From the IMG/VR virus record IMGVR_UViG_3300008267_012518: a DNA stretch of 64,000 nt; one strand, 5' to 3'. A program made the position numbers and the translations under genes. Shown here one piece after another: positions 1 through 9,998 of the stretch. Source of the DNA: a virus. Below the pieces are notes generated by a model that was not told where the DNA came from, did not search any database, and worked only from the letters and a program-made list of their open reading frames with translations. The stretch's first letter is position 1, and each line of letters opens with the position of its first letter.

Positions 1-335
1 AAATAAGACTGATATAGAATATCACCCGTATCCAAACCTTCATCCATAATGAAAAAAGTTACAGCACTTTCCGTCTCTCCTTGTAAAATTTGATGTTGTA
101 TAGGACTACCACCTCTATATTTGGGTAAAGGTGAGGGGTGGAGACAAATACATCTGAAGTCTTTAATTATTCTGTCTGGAACTATTTCACTCCAACCTAA
201 AAAAAACACAAGTGATGGATTTATTGAATAAAGTAAATCATAATCACCGTGATTTAATAAGTATTTTTCTTTTGGAACAATTTGTGAAAATATCTCAATT
301 GACCAATCTCTATATCCAAAAAATACTATTTTCAT
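1..335 (-). CDS. Formyltransferase (Fmt/sugar N-formyltransferase family), truncated by window start; not in ORF track
   Basis: Hand translation from ATG at 335: MKIVFFGYRDW...LGWSEIVP...CLHPSPLPKYRGGSPIQHQI...MDEGLDTGDIL; HPSxLPxYRG and DxGxDTGDI motifs; ATGA overlap with upstream gene. Confidence 0.9.
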   Translation of the reverse strand, partial: MKIVFFGYRDWSIEIFSQIVPKEKYLLNHGDYDLLYSINPSLVFFLGWSEIVPDRIIKDFRCICLHPSPLPKYRGGSPIQHQILQGETESAVTFFIMDEGLDTGDILYQSY

Positions 336-1228
336 GGGAGTGGTACTTTTTGGGGAGAATCATATCTAGGCATATCCAAAAAATCCACAACATCAAGCTC
401 GGTTAAAGTCATCTGATTGACAGTGTATGATAATATACAATCGATTTCTCCCATAAAACTCTTTATACTATCATTGTACCCACCATTTGGATACGAGAAA
501 TAAAATTTATCCGAAAACCTAGACACGAAATCTTTTGATTTTTTCAAATCTAAAAATGGATCTGGTAGAGATAATAGATTCTCCGAAACGTAACCATGTC
601 CACCTATTATCATACCGTTGTTCGACATCTCTTCTATTTGTTCAACCGTTAAATAGAGGTCTTTAGAAAATCCCTCTTCGTCTTGTGTAATTAATTTTTC
701 AAATAAAGAATCTAAATAATCAAAATTTTCATACATCCTTAAAAAATTGGTAACAAAAATCATTTCCTTACTCCACCAATTATTTTTCCACTTTGTTTGA
801 GAGTATTTATTCCAAATTGAACCATCATCACCAAAATCTGATAATATTTTATCAACTATAATTTTCTCTCCTACTTTAGCAAGTATAAATTGTATTTTGT
901 GAGAATACATGACTTTTTCCTCTACTATTGGTCTAGCTGGGACAAAAAAAGAACCTTTAAGTCTTTTAGATTTTAGAATCTGGTAAACATAAAAATGATC
1001 TGACAGACCATCATCAAAAGTGAGAGTCGCGTAGTTTTTTTTTGATCTGTTCAAATCCAAGTATAATAATTCCTCTGTACTTACAATTTCGTAATTTTTA
1101 TTAATCCAATCCAATTGGTATTCAAATTGTTTCTTAGATAGAAAGGACTTTAGTGTGTATCTCCTAGGAAATTCTGTATCTTCTAAGTTTCTAACATCAT
1201 GAAACATAAATGACCTAACAGTACCCAT
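332..1228 (-). CDS. Polysaccharide deacetylase (NodB/CE4-like)
   Basis: LTFDDGLSDH, IGGHGYVSENL, FSYPNG motifs; start moved to ATG 1228, directly after upstream stop. Confidence 0.85.
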   Translation of the reverse strand: MGTVRSFMFHDVRNLEDTEFPRRYTLKSFLSKKQFEYQLDWINKNYEIVSTEELLYLDLNRSKKNYATLTFDDGLSDHFYVYQILKSKRLKGSFFVPARPIVEEKVMYSHKIQFILAKVGEKIIVDKILSDFGDDGSIWNKYSQTKWKNNWWSKEMIFVTNFLRMYENFDYLDSLFEKLITQDEEGFSKDLYLTVEQIEEMSNNGMIIGGHGYVSENLLSLPDPFLDLKKSKDFVSRFSDKFYFSYPNGGYNDSIKSFMGEIDCILSYTVNQMTLTELDVVDFLDMPRYDSPQKVPLP

Positions 1229-1229
1229 A

Positions 1230-2003
1230 TCATGAAAATAAATTAGTTTGTATCCACTCGGATCTCCAAGGTTGACCACCAGCAAAATGTCTAATTATAA
1301 CATTTTCCTTTTTAGATTTATTTATATTAAATTGGCCTCCAGTTTCTCCCTCAAGTTCTGTAACATTCCAATCAGCTGATAGAATTTCAACATTTTCGTA
1401 GAGATCTTCAAGTGAGTAGTAAGTATCTTCATTTTTGTCACTATGCCAACCGTAGTTCGGTAGTTCGGTAAATGGCATCCAACTGTGTCTTTTAACACCA
1501 GATAAGGAATACCAAGAAGCTTGCTCTCTAAACTCATGCCAAAAAGAACTGAAATGACCAAAAGCCTCATGTTGAGTAACTCTATCATTTAGCTTTTGAT
1601 ATCTATCTTCATCTAAGATTAAATCAATCAATTTTCTCGACCAATCATTTACCTTTATACTATAACTGCCCATACAATGGGTGTTACCGGAGTCAATAGA
1701 ATATGAAAACGACTTATTAGTTTTATATTCCTTTTCAAAATCAACAATCACCATATCAGCATCAAGATGTGTGAAAATATCCCCATCTTGGATCCTACCA
1801 TCTTTCAACATGTCTCTGAGTATGGTAAACTTCCACCAAGTAGGGTTGTTCCTATAAATTGGTAGATCTACATCATTTTTGATTTCAATATACTCAAATC
1901 CCCACTTTTCACAATACTTTTTGTTTAGAGGGGAAATCAAATTTTCAAAAAAATTTTGTCGTTGATCTTTATACCGAGCTATTACTAATAAATATTTTTT
2001 CAT
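1230..2003 (-). CDS. Glycosyltransferase, GT34/MNN10-like
   Basis: YCEKWGFEY, PTWWKF, HLDAD (DxD), EQASW, WNVT, IRHFAG pattern. Confidence 0.7.
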   Translation of the reverse strand: MKKYLLVIARYKDQRQNFFENLISPLNKKYCEKWGFEYIEIKNDVDLPIYRNNPTWWKFTILRDMLKDGRIQDGDIFTHLDADMVIVDFEKEYKTNKSFSYSIDSGNTHCMGSYSIKVNDWSRKLIDLILDEDRYQKLNDRVTQHEAFGHFSSFWHEFREQASWYSLSGVKRHSWMPFTELPNYGWHSDKNEDTYYSLEDLYENVEILSADWNVTELEGETGGQFNINKSKKENVIIRHFAGGQPWRSEWIQTNLFS

Positions 2004-3490
2004 ATCATTTTTAAAATTATTTTGGAGACCGATTCCAATTTAAAGAATTTTTCGTAATATTCTATACACCTTTGACTCATAAGTTTAATTTTATCCTCAT
2101 CAAAAGAGTTTAATATATTTTTAATATTTCCTATTTCAGATTGATGAATCGATATAGAAAACTCAGACCAATCCACCGTTTCCTTAAATGGTCGCCAATC
2201 ATCATCGTAAATATAAATAGGTATACTACCAACTTGCATACACTCAAACATACGGAAAGATGTTTTACCATATCCCCTAGGACAAAGGGTGAATTTACTT
2301 TTTGAACTAGTTTCCAAAAAGTGTAACATATTTTCTTCTGTCACTTTATTTTTCCAACTATCATAAGATAAGTAAAATTTAGGATCATTAGACAAAAAAT
2401 CAACCATTTGTTTCCTTATCGGATGAGTAATTGAACCCACAAAAGAACAGAATATTGTTTTATCTGTTTGTTTGTAAACTTCAACATTAGGTATGGAAGA
2501 ACAAATTAGTGGTAATGGAATTCCACCCATGTTACCACCCGAACAGAATTTCTTAGTATTTGGTGGTAGATATTCTTTTATAGCATCATCGTGTTGACTA
2601 ACTGTAAAATAATATTTCGATTTATCTAAACTCAATAGTTTTTCTTGCAAAAGAACCAAATTAGAATTTTGAATGTAACAAGTCGTCCAACTTACTGGAA
2701 TGAAGAAAACTTCTTTCACCATTTTGTTAGTTTTAAAATACTCAAAGAAATAATCTTCTAGGTATTTACCAGTGTGGTAAGGTGGATAAACAGGATACGT
2801 TGGTTCAGGTCTGAATTCTTTAAAATAATCATTGAGAAAATTTTGATAATTATTTAAGTTATTCTTTACTAACCTTTTCAAATCCATCTTTTGTCTAACA
2901 AAATCTAAAAGTAACTTCTTATTTTGCAAACCCTCTGTCCAATTTGCATGATGCATCAAAATATCATCAGGTATTTCAAAATTTTGATTTTTCCATTGTG
3001 TCTGATAAGCACCAAATGTCCAAAATTTGGAAGACAGAGGTTTGAATTTTACATGATTTAAATTCATATTCAAAGCATGTTGGTCTTCTAAATAAGTAGA
3101 TTCATTTTTCTTCATGTTTTGAAACATTTTCAGTGTTCTTTCATTTCCTCTACAAACAAAAAAACCAGAACACATTCCACCTAAATAATCGTTTTGGAAA
3201 GCGATATCATAATCACCGAGTTCCTCTAATAAAGTTTGTTTAATTGGTCCAAAAAATTGTATATCTACATCAGAATACAAAAAAATATCATTTTGATTTT
3301 CTTCACAAGCTTTTATAAAAATATCAACTTTTTTCATAGTTGTATTTTTCCAACCATCTTGGTAATAACTACCAGTCTTACATTCTTGTTCACCCTTGAA
3401 CGCAACAATTTCAAATCCCTCTAATGTTTTGCTAAAATAGCCATCATAAAAATTTTTGTGACTATCAGTGTAATAAGTATAAACTTTCAT
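2000..3490 (-). CDS. Two-domain glycosyltransferase: nucleotide-diphospho-sugar transferase (GT77-like) plus exostosin (GT47-like)
   Basis: N-half YSDVDI, CSGFF, EDQHALN, HHANW; C-half FVGSITHPIR, SKFTLCPRGYGKTSFRMFECMQVGSIPIYI. Confidence 0.75.
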   Translation of the reverse strand: MKVYTYYTDSHKNFYDGYFSKTLEGFEIVAFKGEQECKTGSYYQDGWKNTTMKKVDIFIKACEENQNDIFLYSDVDIQFFGPIKQTLLEELGDYDIAFQNDYLGGMCSGFFVCRGNERTLKMFQNMKKNESTYLEDQHALNMNLNHVKFKPLSSKFWTFGAYQTQWKNQNFEIPDDILMHHANWTEGLQNKKLLLDFVRQKMDLKRLVKNNLNNYQNFLNDYFKEFRPEPTYPVYPPYHTGKYLEDYFFEYFKTNKMVKEVFFIPVSWTTCYIQNSNLVLLQEKLLSLDKSKYYFTVSQHDDAIKEYLPPNTKKFCSGGNMGGIPLPLICSSIPNVEVYKQTDKTIFCSFVGSITHPIRKQMVDFLSNDPKFYLSYDSWKNKVTEENMLHFLETSSKSKFTLCPRGYGKTSFRMFECMQVGSIPIYIYDDDWRPFKETVDWSEFSISIHQSEIGNIKNILNSFDEDKIKLMSQRCIEYYEKFFKLESVSKIILKMI

Positions 3491-3505
3491 AAAATAATTT
3501 AATTT

Positions 3506-4336
3506 TTACCAATAACAACCACCCTCTACCAAATTACCTCTCAGTGGTTTTTCATCTTGGTCTGGTCTTGTCCAATATTCGTTCATTTCTGATTTAATTT
3601 CATCTCCCTCCCATCTCTTACCAATGATTCCAAAATATAATTGTAATCCTCCGCCGACATAAATAGCGCTTTTATTTAGTTGAGTTTTTATAAAGTCTGT
3701 CAGTGGTAATCCATAAGAACCACACCCAAGAAGTGCAATATCAAAATCTATTTTGGTGATGTCATCACACATTTTATTGAAAGATTCGAACCAATCTTTA
3801 TGTGGTCCTATACCACCTATTGATTGTACCGATTGATAGACTATCCAATCTGCTTCGGGTAAAATATTTTGATTTTTCCAAATTTTTGTTCTATTGATGA
3901 GCTGTTTGTCTATTGTATTCTTGAAAGGATTTATTATGAGGACTTTCTTTTTTTTCAAAAATTCAGTCCAAGGTTCTTTAAATCTAAATGCTTCGAGGGC
4001 GGAAATATCTATAAGTTCTTTGTCTTCTTTAACAAGGAAATCTTCCATCTCAATAAATCCTGGGAAATTCCAATAGGATACACAGTCTGAGTTATCAAGT
4101 GATGCTTTGTATTTAGTTGCGTAATTAAAAAAATCATCAGTCCCATAAAAACCAGCGTTTGTATAAAACCAATTTTTGATGTTATCTGGAATAAATTGAT
4201 TTGATAGTGTCAGTGCCGAAACAGCAGTTTCGCCACCCAAACCAACTCTGGTAATTGAAAATGGTTTATTAGAATTAATCAATTCTTTTATTTTTGAATT
4301 ACTATCTGCGGGCGAAAGTCTTTTATCTACTCTCAT
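3506..4336 (-). CDS. Putative glycosyltransferase (GT-D-fold-like)
   Basis: FSITRVGLGGE, DIALLGCGSYGLPL, AIYVGGGLQLYFGI; position in glycan cluster. Confidence 0.5.
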   Translation of the reverse strand: MRVDKRLSPADSNSKIKELINSNKPFSITRVGLGGETAVSALTLSNQFIPDNIKNWFYTNAGFYGTDDFFNYATKYKASLDNSDCVSYWNFPGFIEMEDFLVKEDKELIDISALEAFRFKEPWTEFLKKKKVLIINPFKNTIDKQLINRTKIWKNQNILPEADWIVYQSVQSIGGIGPHKDWFESFNKMCDDITKIDFDIALLGCGSYGLPLTDFIKTQLNKSAIYVGGGLQLYFGIIGKRWEGDEIKSEMNEYWTRPDQDEKPLRGNLVEGGCYW

Positions 4337-5025
4337 TAGAAATGTGGGATTGTTTTTATTTCACTTTTTGAATTAATTTCATCAGTCGGTGTAATCAATA
4401 AGTAAGGACCTGGTACTAAATCCATATGGTTATATGTTCTGTAGTTTGTTTGATGTAAATGTTTTATAATAACGGATTTACTTGGATTACGAACATCATA
4501 ACCCAATTCATGATAAATTTGTGAAATTCTGTTATCACATCCTGGTTTACCCATCAAAAATTTTGATCTTTTATCAAGTTGGACTGGTGACTTAAAAATC
4601 CAAGTATCTTGTGACATTTGACCAGTTGTAATGTTATCTCTCCAAATATGGTCATAATACTCAATCATCCATTTATCCGCAACTTTGAAAACATCCCATC
4701 TAGTTAAAGCTAAAAAAAGTTTATCAAAATCTATATTTTTTAAATATTGCAAAGTTTCATCAAAAAATATATCAGTATTGGCTATAATATTTACTTGGTG
4801 ATTTAGATTTTTATTGGAATACTCAATTAAATCATAAAATGTTGGTCTATTATCAATATTAATAATTTTTACTTTTGGGTGAGAAATAGATAATTCGGAA
4901 TTGTCAGAAATAAAAACAAAAATATTCTCTATTAAAATATTTTGTATGTTCTGGTTGATGCAAGTCAAATATTCATAATCTCGTTCTTGATTAGAAGATT
5001 TGAAATATTCAATGAGTAAATTCAT
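4336..5025 (-). CDS. Putative GT-A-like glycan biosynthesis protein
   Basis: IIANTDIFFD, LALTRWD, SQDTWIF, GKPGCDNRI, IKHLH; cluster context. Confidence 0.5.
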   Translation of the reverse strand: MNLLIEYFKSSNQERDYEYLTCINQNIQNILIENIFVFISDNSELSISHPKVKIINIDNRPTFYDLIEYSNKNLNHQVNIIANTDIFFDETLQYLKNIDFDKLFLALTRWDVFKVADKWMIEYYDHIWRDNITTGQMSQDTWIFKSPVQLDKRSKFLMGKPGCDNRISQIYHELGYDVRNPSKSVIIKHLHQTNYRTYNHMDLVPGPYLLITPTDEINSKSEIKTIPHF

Positions 5026-5028
5026 AGA

Positions 5029-7140
5029 CTATTGAGGATTATTTTTCTTCCTTCCCTTCTTTTTCAAAATCTCAATCTCAGTCACATCTTTATCTTTGTT
5101 ATATTTCAAGACAAGTTCTTGTGTTGGTTTCAAGTTTTTATCAATAATAAACTCCGTAACATAATCATCAACCCATTTCTGTATTGCTCTTTTTAAAGGT
5201 CTTGCTCCATATTCTTGATCATAACCAACCGTAATAAGATGTTCCTTCAGAGAATCCTCTATTGTCAATTCAAATCCCAAATCTTTTGATCTAGTAAGTG
5301 TTTTGTTTAATTCCAATTCAACAATTTTGGAAATATTATCTTTACTTAAGTCCTTAAAATAAATTATTTCATCCAATCTATTAATAAATTCCGGTGCGAA
5401 TTTTTTCTTAAGTTCTTTCTCAAGAAGATCTTTCATATCTTGATCCTTCGATTCTTCTTTCGACTTAGTTGTGAAACCAATCCCTCCACCAAAATCTTTT
5501 GCTATCTTTGTTCCGACGTTAGAGGTCATAAGAATGACACAGTTTTTGAAACTAACCTTACGACCATGAGAATCGGTCATAAATCCATCATCAAGAACTT
5601 GTAGGAATAAATTGAAGATGTCGGTGTGAGCTTTTTCTATTTCATCAAACAAAACTACGGAATATGGTTTTCTTCTTATCTTATCCAAAAAGTTTGAATC
5701 ATCATAACCAACATAACCTGGTGCCGCACCTTGAATTCGGGAGAGATTAATTTTTTCTTGAAACTCTGACATATCCAACCTAAGTAGGGAATCCTCACTG
5801 TCGAAAAGATATTTAGCCAATTGTTTAGCTAGTTCTGTCTTACCAACACCCGAATTACCAATCAGTATACCCGAAAAAAGAGGTTTATTTGGGTCCTTGA
5901 GGCCAACTCTGGCCCTTTGGATGGCTTTTACTACTTTCGATACTGCATCGTCTTGTCCAATTACTTTACCCCTTATCTCTGACGGCATCTTGGACAACTT
6001 TTCATTTTCCTTTACTCCTACTCTTTGTAATGGTATTCCAGTCATCATAGAGACTACTTCAGCAACATTATCTTCTGTAACTGGTTGTCTATTAACCTTT
6101 TGTTCTTCATCCCATTTGACCCTAGCTTCATCGAGGTTCAAATTTAGTTGTCTTTCTACGTCACGTAATTTAGCAGCTTCCTCATATTTCTGACTTCTTA
6201 CCACTAGGGTTTTTTTATCTTTGATTTCTTGAATTTTATTTTCAATGTCAGTGATTTCTTTTGGGACAAGGATATTAGAAATATGAACTCTTGAACCTGC
6301 TTCATCCAGAGCATCGATGGCTTTGTCGGGTAAAAATCTATCTGACATAAATCTTGATGTTAGTTCAACACAAGCTTTTACCGCATCATCTGAGTAAATA
6401 ACATTGTGGTGGTCTTCATATTTGTCTTTGATGTTATTGATGATTTGAATTGTTTCTTCTTCAGTGGCCGGTTCCACGACCACTTTTTGAAACCTTCGTT
6501 CTAATGCACCATCCTTTTCGATGTGTTTTCGGTATTCATCTAAAGTAGTTGCACCAATTATCTGGAGTTCTCCTCTAGCCAAAGCTGGTTTAAACATATT
6601 GGAAGCATCCAAAGAACCTGAAGAACCACCAGCTCCTATGATAGTGTGTATTTCATCAATAAACAAAATCACATCTGGTTCCTTTTCTAATTCTAACATC
6701 AAAGCTTTTACTCTTTCCTCAAATTGTCCGCGGTATTTAGTACCGGCGACCATAGAACCTATATCCAAAAGGACAATTCGTTTATTGAAAAGTACTCTTG
6801 AAACTTTTTTCTGTATGATCCTAAGTGCAAGACCCTCAGCTATAGAGGATTTACCAACACCTGGTTCACCGATTAACATAGGATTGTTTTTTTTCCTTCT
6901 ACCAAGGATCTGTGAAACTCTTTCGATTTCTTTTTCTCTCCCTATTATAGGATCAATTTTTCCTTCTTCAGCAGATTTTGTAAGGTCTCTACCAAATGTA
7001 TCCAATACCGGTGTTTTGGACTTAGTTTCGGTGACTTTCTTAGAAGATTTGAATTTATCATCTGACTCATCATCATCAGATAACGACGAGGTGATTTTAA
7101 TAAAATCATCGTAATGATTTTGATTGATAATTTTATCCAT
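5029..7140 (-). CDS. clpC: ClpC-type AAA+ unfoldase lacking the N-terminal repeat domain
   Basis: Two NBDs (GEPGVGKS/FIDEIH; GNSGVGKT/FDEIEKAH), short UVR middle domain (KYEEAAKLRD), IGF loop (GGGIGF), GARPLKRAI. Confidence 0.9.
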   Translation of the reverse strand: MDKIINQNHYDDFIKITSSLSDDDESDDKFKSSKKVTETKSKTPVLDTFGRDLTKSAEEGKIDPIIGREKEIERVSQILGRRKKNNPMLIGEPGVGKSSIAEGLALRIIQKKVSRVLFNKRIVLLDIGSMVAGTKYRGQFEERVKALMLELEKEPDVILFIDEIHTIIGAGGSSGSLDASNMFKPALARGELQIIGATTLDEYRKHIEKDGALERRFQKVVVEPATEEETIQIINNIKDKYEDHHNVIYSDDAVKACVELTSRFMSDRFLPDKAIDALDEAGSRVHISNILVPKEITDIENKIQEIKDKKTLVVRSQKYEEAAKLRDVERQLNLNLDEARVKWDEEQKVNRQPVTEDNVAEVVSMMTGIPLQRVGVKENEKLSKMPSEIRGKVIGQDDAVSKVVKAIQRARVGLKDPNKPLFSGILIGNSGVGKTELAKQLAKYLFDSEDSLLRLDMSEFQEKINLSRIQGAAPGYVGYDDSNFLDKIRRKPYSVVLFDEIEKAHTDIFNLFLQVLDDGFMTDSHGRKVSFKNCVILMTSNVGTKIAKDFGGGIGFTTKSKEESKDQDMKDLLEKELKKKFAPEFINRLDEIIYFKDLSKDNISKIVELELNKTLTRSKDLGFELTIEDSLKEHLITVGYDQEYGARPLKRAIQKWVDDYVTEFIIDKNLKPTQELVLKYNKDKDVTEIEILKKKGRKKNNPQ

Positions 7141-7237
7141 TAATTAAATTAATTTTATGGAGTTTATAGAACTAAAATCTGAAAAAGTTTCTTTGTGATT
7201 TCAAGTTCAAATTTCTGAATTAAAAAATAAAAAATAA

Positions 7238-7735
7238 TTAGTTTGAAATAGGAATTAATTTATCTTTGTATAGTACAAATTCCTTGGTATAAACAACCTT
7301 GCCCGAATGAGAATAAAGATTGACTAATAATTTCATCTTATCTTTACGTCCAAATATTGATTTGATTGATAGAAGTTCAGTTTTCATGTAAATACTCTCA
7401 ATCTCATCTTCTTTCAGATAATAATTATCAACATCCAATTCTTTAGAGTAAACTTTTGAAATTTCAAAGTCGTATATTCTCAAGATCTTGAACCACCAAA
7501 AATCATGTAACCAATCCCAAAAAGTTCTTTTTGTTTTGACTTTAGTAATGTCTTTTATTTCTATATGTGAAAGACAATCAGACATCCTTACGTCTATCTC
7601 AAAAAAAATAGTGCCATCATTTGATAAAGCACTATAATTTTCTACGTATATTTTTGGTGGGTGTCTACCTATTTTCTGACCTGATGATGTAAATGATCTA
7701 AGGGTTAGTATTACAAATAGGAGGTAGTATTTCAT
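7238..7735 (-). CDS. Hypothetical protein with signal-peptide-like N-terminus
   Basis: 165 aa; MKYYLLFVILTL...; 4-nt overlap with upstream gene. Confidence 0.55.
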   Translation of the reverse strand: MKYYLLFVILTLRSFTSSGQKIGRHPPKIYVENYSALSNDGTIFFEIDVRMSDCLSHIEIKDITKVKTKRTFWDWLHDFWWFKILRIYDFEISKVYSKELDVDNYYLKEDEIESIYMKTELLSIKSIFGRKDKMKLLVNLYSHSGKVVYTKEFVLYKDKLIPISN

Positions 7736-8214
7736 TCATCTTTTATGACTTTGTCAATTTGTTTATCTCTATATATTTCTGGTGCAATTTCGGATAAATC
7801 ATAATCCCAAATCTGACATGCCTCTTCTAAACCATAAGTAACAAAATTAATTTCCTTACCATCTTTGAACTCATAGAACCCACAATTATATCCCAAATCT
7901 TCATCAGCAAATGTAACCTCAAATATTAAGTCAGGATATCTTTCTGAAAGGGTACACATTAATTCATGTGGTGTTGACCAAGCGGTATCAAAACATATAT
8001 AACCGTTTTCATCTTCGTAAGTTTCATCCACATCCCATTTGGTCCCCCAATTTTCCACAGACCAATCATACCAACCATCACCAATATCTTTTGGTCTTGG
8101 TAGGATTTTTTCAAATGAAATATGTTGACAATCACTCGCAATATCAAGTGTACATTGTTTGACCTTATCCGAAGGTCCATGTATAAATAATTTGTTTCTA
8201 ACCCAGTTTGGCAT
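7732..8214 (-). CDS. DUF1281/YubB ferredoxin-like phage protein
   Basis: MPNWVRNKL, WYDWSVENWGTKWD, FDTAWSTP, FADEDLG. Confidence 0.7.
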   Translation of the reverse strand: MPNWVRNKLFIHGPSDKVKQCTLDIASDCQHISFEKILPRPKDIGDGWYDWSVENWGTKWDVDETYEDENGYICFDTAWSTPHELMCTLSERYPDLIFEVTFADEDLGYNCGFYEFKDGKEINFVTYGLEEACQIWDYDLSEIAPEIYRDKQIDKVIKDE

Positions 8215-8218
8215 AATA

Positions 8219-8731
8219 TTAAAGATTTATGATTTTGTCGAATCCTTCGTCATTTGTTACTGTTTCCCAATTATCCAACATATTCCGTATGACTGATATT
8301 GGTATGTGCTTATTTTCTTTTTCTTTTCTTATGATATTTCTATTGTTATATTCTTCGAGATCTAATTTTGGAAATACAATTGCAATCTTCTCATACTCTG
8401 AAGATGGAAACTTTGATAGGTGTCGATGTCTACTCTTTTTTGTTAGATTGGTCATGTTTATTACTACGAATTTCCTGTCATTTATACACTGGTTTATTTT
8501 ATCATTTAACAGTTTGTCCACCTCTCTTGGATTCACTTCCAAGAATGCCTGTGAGTAGTTATTATTTTTATGTAGAGACATCAATATATCGTCTCTACTT
8601 ATGATTTGGTGGTTAGAATAAATACCGGTCCTAAGGTAAGTGTCCTTTCCACTAAGGGGTGGTCCTATTAATAGTATTACTCTTGGTTTCATATACAAAT
8701 ATAAAAATAAAATCTGAATTATCAAAATCAT
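8219..8731 (-). CDS. P-loop kinase (polynucleotide kinase/AAA_33-like)
   Basis: GPPLSGKDT, IISRDDI, VINMTNL, RNIIR...IPISVI lid; true start probably the MKPRV Met. Confidence 0.75.
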   Translation of the reverse strand: MILIIQILFLYLYMKPRVILLIGPPLSGKDTYLRTGIYSNHQIISRDDILMSLHKNNNYSQAFLEVNPREVDKLLNDKINQCINDRKFVVINMTNLTKKSRHRHLSKFPSSEYEKIAIVFPKLDLEEYNNRNIIRKEKENKHIPISVIRNMLDNWETVTNDEGFDKIINL

Positions 8732-8737
8732 GTAACA

Positions 8738-9904
8738 TCATGATATACTATTATATTTTATTTCTGTCTCGATCCAATCGTTTAAACTTGATATGTATTC
8801 ACTGATTTCTTTTCTTTTTAAGATAATATCTTTATCATTTAGGTTTTTAATTACTAAATTATTCCCATCCCAGTGAATTTCGTCGTAGTCTATTTCAAGG
8901 TCTGTAAGTAGTTTGTCAATTCTTGACTTTTCATTTGCTAATCTTGCAACATGGGGTTTTACTTCTATAATTTCAAAGGTGTTGTAGTTATATTTAACTA
9001 ATGTTTCGTGTCCATAGTATTCCGTGTCAAGTACAGTGGTTTTAACTTCTGTTGGTAAATCAGAACCTAAACTTTCATCTGAGTAAGATTTGTAAATTCT
9101 ATCACTATAAGAGTATCCAGTACCATAGTCAAAATCATCATCCAAATCATAGTAATTATTTTTGGTTATATCTCTATAAACTTTTAGATTATCCCAATCG
9201 ATTTTACAAACTACTTCACATAGTTTTTCAAGGTGTTTAATGTCTTGCTGTTCATATTTGGTATGTTCATTTTGATATCCAACTGATATATTTGTACACT
9301 CAGGATAAATATCTATAAATTGAGCTGAGTCTGTATAGATACCAGTAGAATCGGGTAGGTACTTAAAAGGTTTGTCAAAAATTTTTGATTTGTTGTTCAA
9401 CTCATTTGATAAGTCACTTGCAAAATTGAATGAACAGCTTCTGCCAGACAATTGGTGTGTAATGACTGAGTCATATCCTCTTCTATCAAATGATACTACT
9501 TTATTCACCCCTTCTATTGGGTTGTCTTTATGTAGATTAGCAACTTTTCTTGAACCTACACAACCCCTTTCCTCCCCTACAAAAAAATAATACAAACCTG
9601 GTACGTTTTTCTCTATTAGTGTCAAAAGTACTACAACACCTGCCTTATCATCAGCACCTAAGATAGAAGTACCATCTGAGTAAATCATATCCCCTTTGAT
9701 TAAATGATTTACCTCAACCGAATCATAAGAAGCGGTGTCTAGATGACTTGTAAACATAGTAGTTGGTTTATCTCCAATTTGATGATAAAGATTACCGAAT
9801 TGATCTTGTTTTAGAAAATTAGGTAAGAATTTTGATACTTCTATCTCAACACCATGTGGATATGTTTGTTTGGTGAGTTCAATAAATTTTTCTTTTACGT
9901 TCAT
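8738..9904 (-). CDS. M28/M20-like zinc peptidase with Tyr/Asp-rich tail (paralogue of 62799..63977)
   Basis: HLDT, GADDKAG, GEERG, FDRRG, YTDSA, GYQNEHT. Confidence 0.75.
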   Translation of the reverse strand: MNVKEKFIELTKQTYPHGVEIEVSKFLPNFLKQDQFGNLYHQIGDKPTTMFTSHLDTASYDSVEVNHLIKGDMIYSDGTSILGADDKAGVVVLLTLIEKNVPGLYYFFVGEERGCVGSRKVANLHKDNPIEGVNKVVSFDRRGYDSVITHQLSGRSCSFNFASDLSNELNNKSKIFDKPFKYLPDSTGIYTDSAQFIDIYPECTNISVGYQNEHTKYEQQDIKHLEKLCEVVCKIDWDNLKVYRDITKNNYYDLDDDFDYGTGYSYSDRIYKSYSDESLGSDLPTEVKTTVLDTEYYGHETLVKYNYNTFEIIEVKPHVARLANEKSRIDKLLTDLEIDYDEIHWDGNNLVIKNLNDKDIILKRKEISEYISSLNDWIETEIKYNSIS

Positions 9905-9998
9905 ATTTTTTTTGTTCTACGATGAACACTCTTATTCATCTTTACAAAGATAGTAATAAATATTTTAAATGTCAAGATATATTTAATATATATTTTAT

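Noticed and set aside
5897-7114. Antisense ORFs 5897..6193 and 6521..7114
   Set aside because: Shadow frames of conserved clpC; no motifs or start context
5029-7140. Calling the AAA+ protein ClpB
   Set aside because: Short UVR middle domain and an IGF loop indicate ClpC
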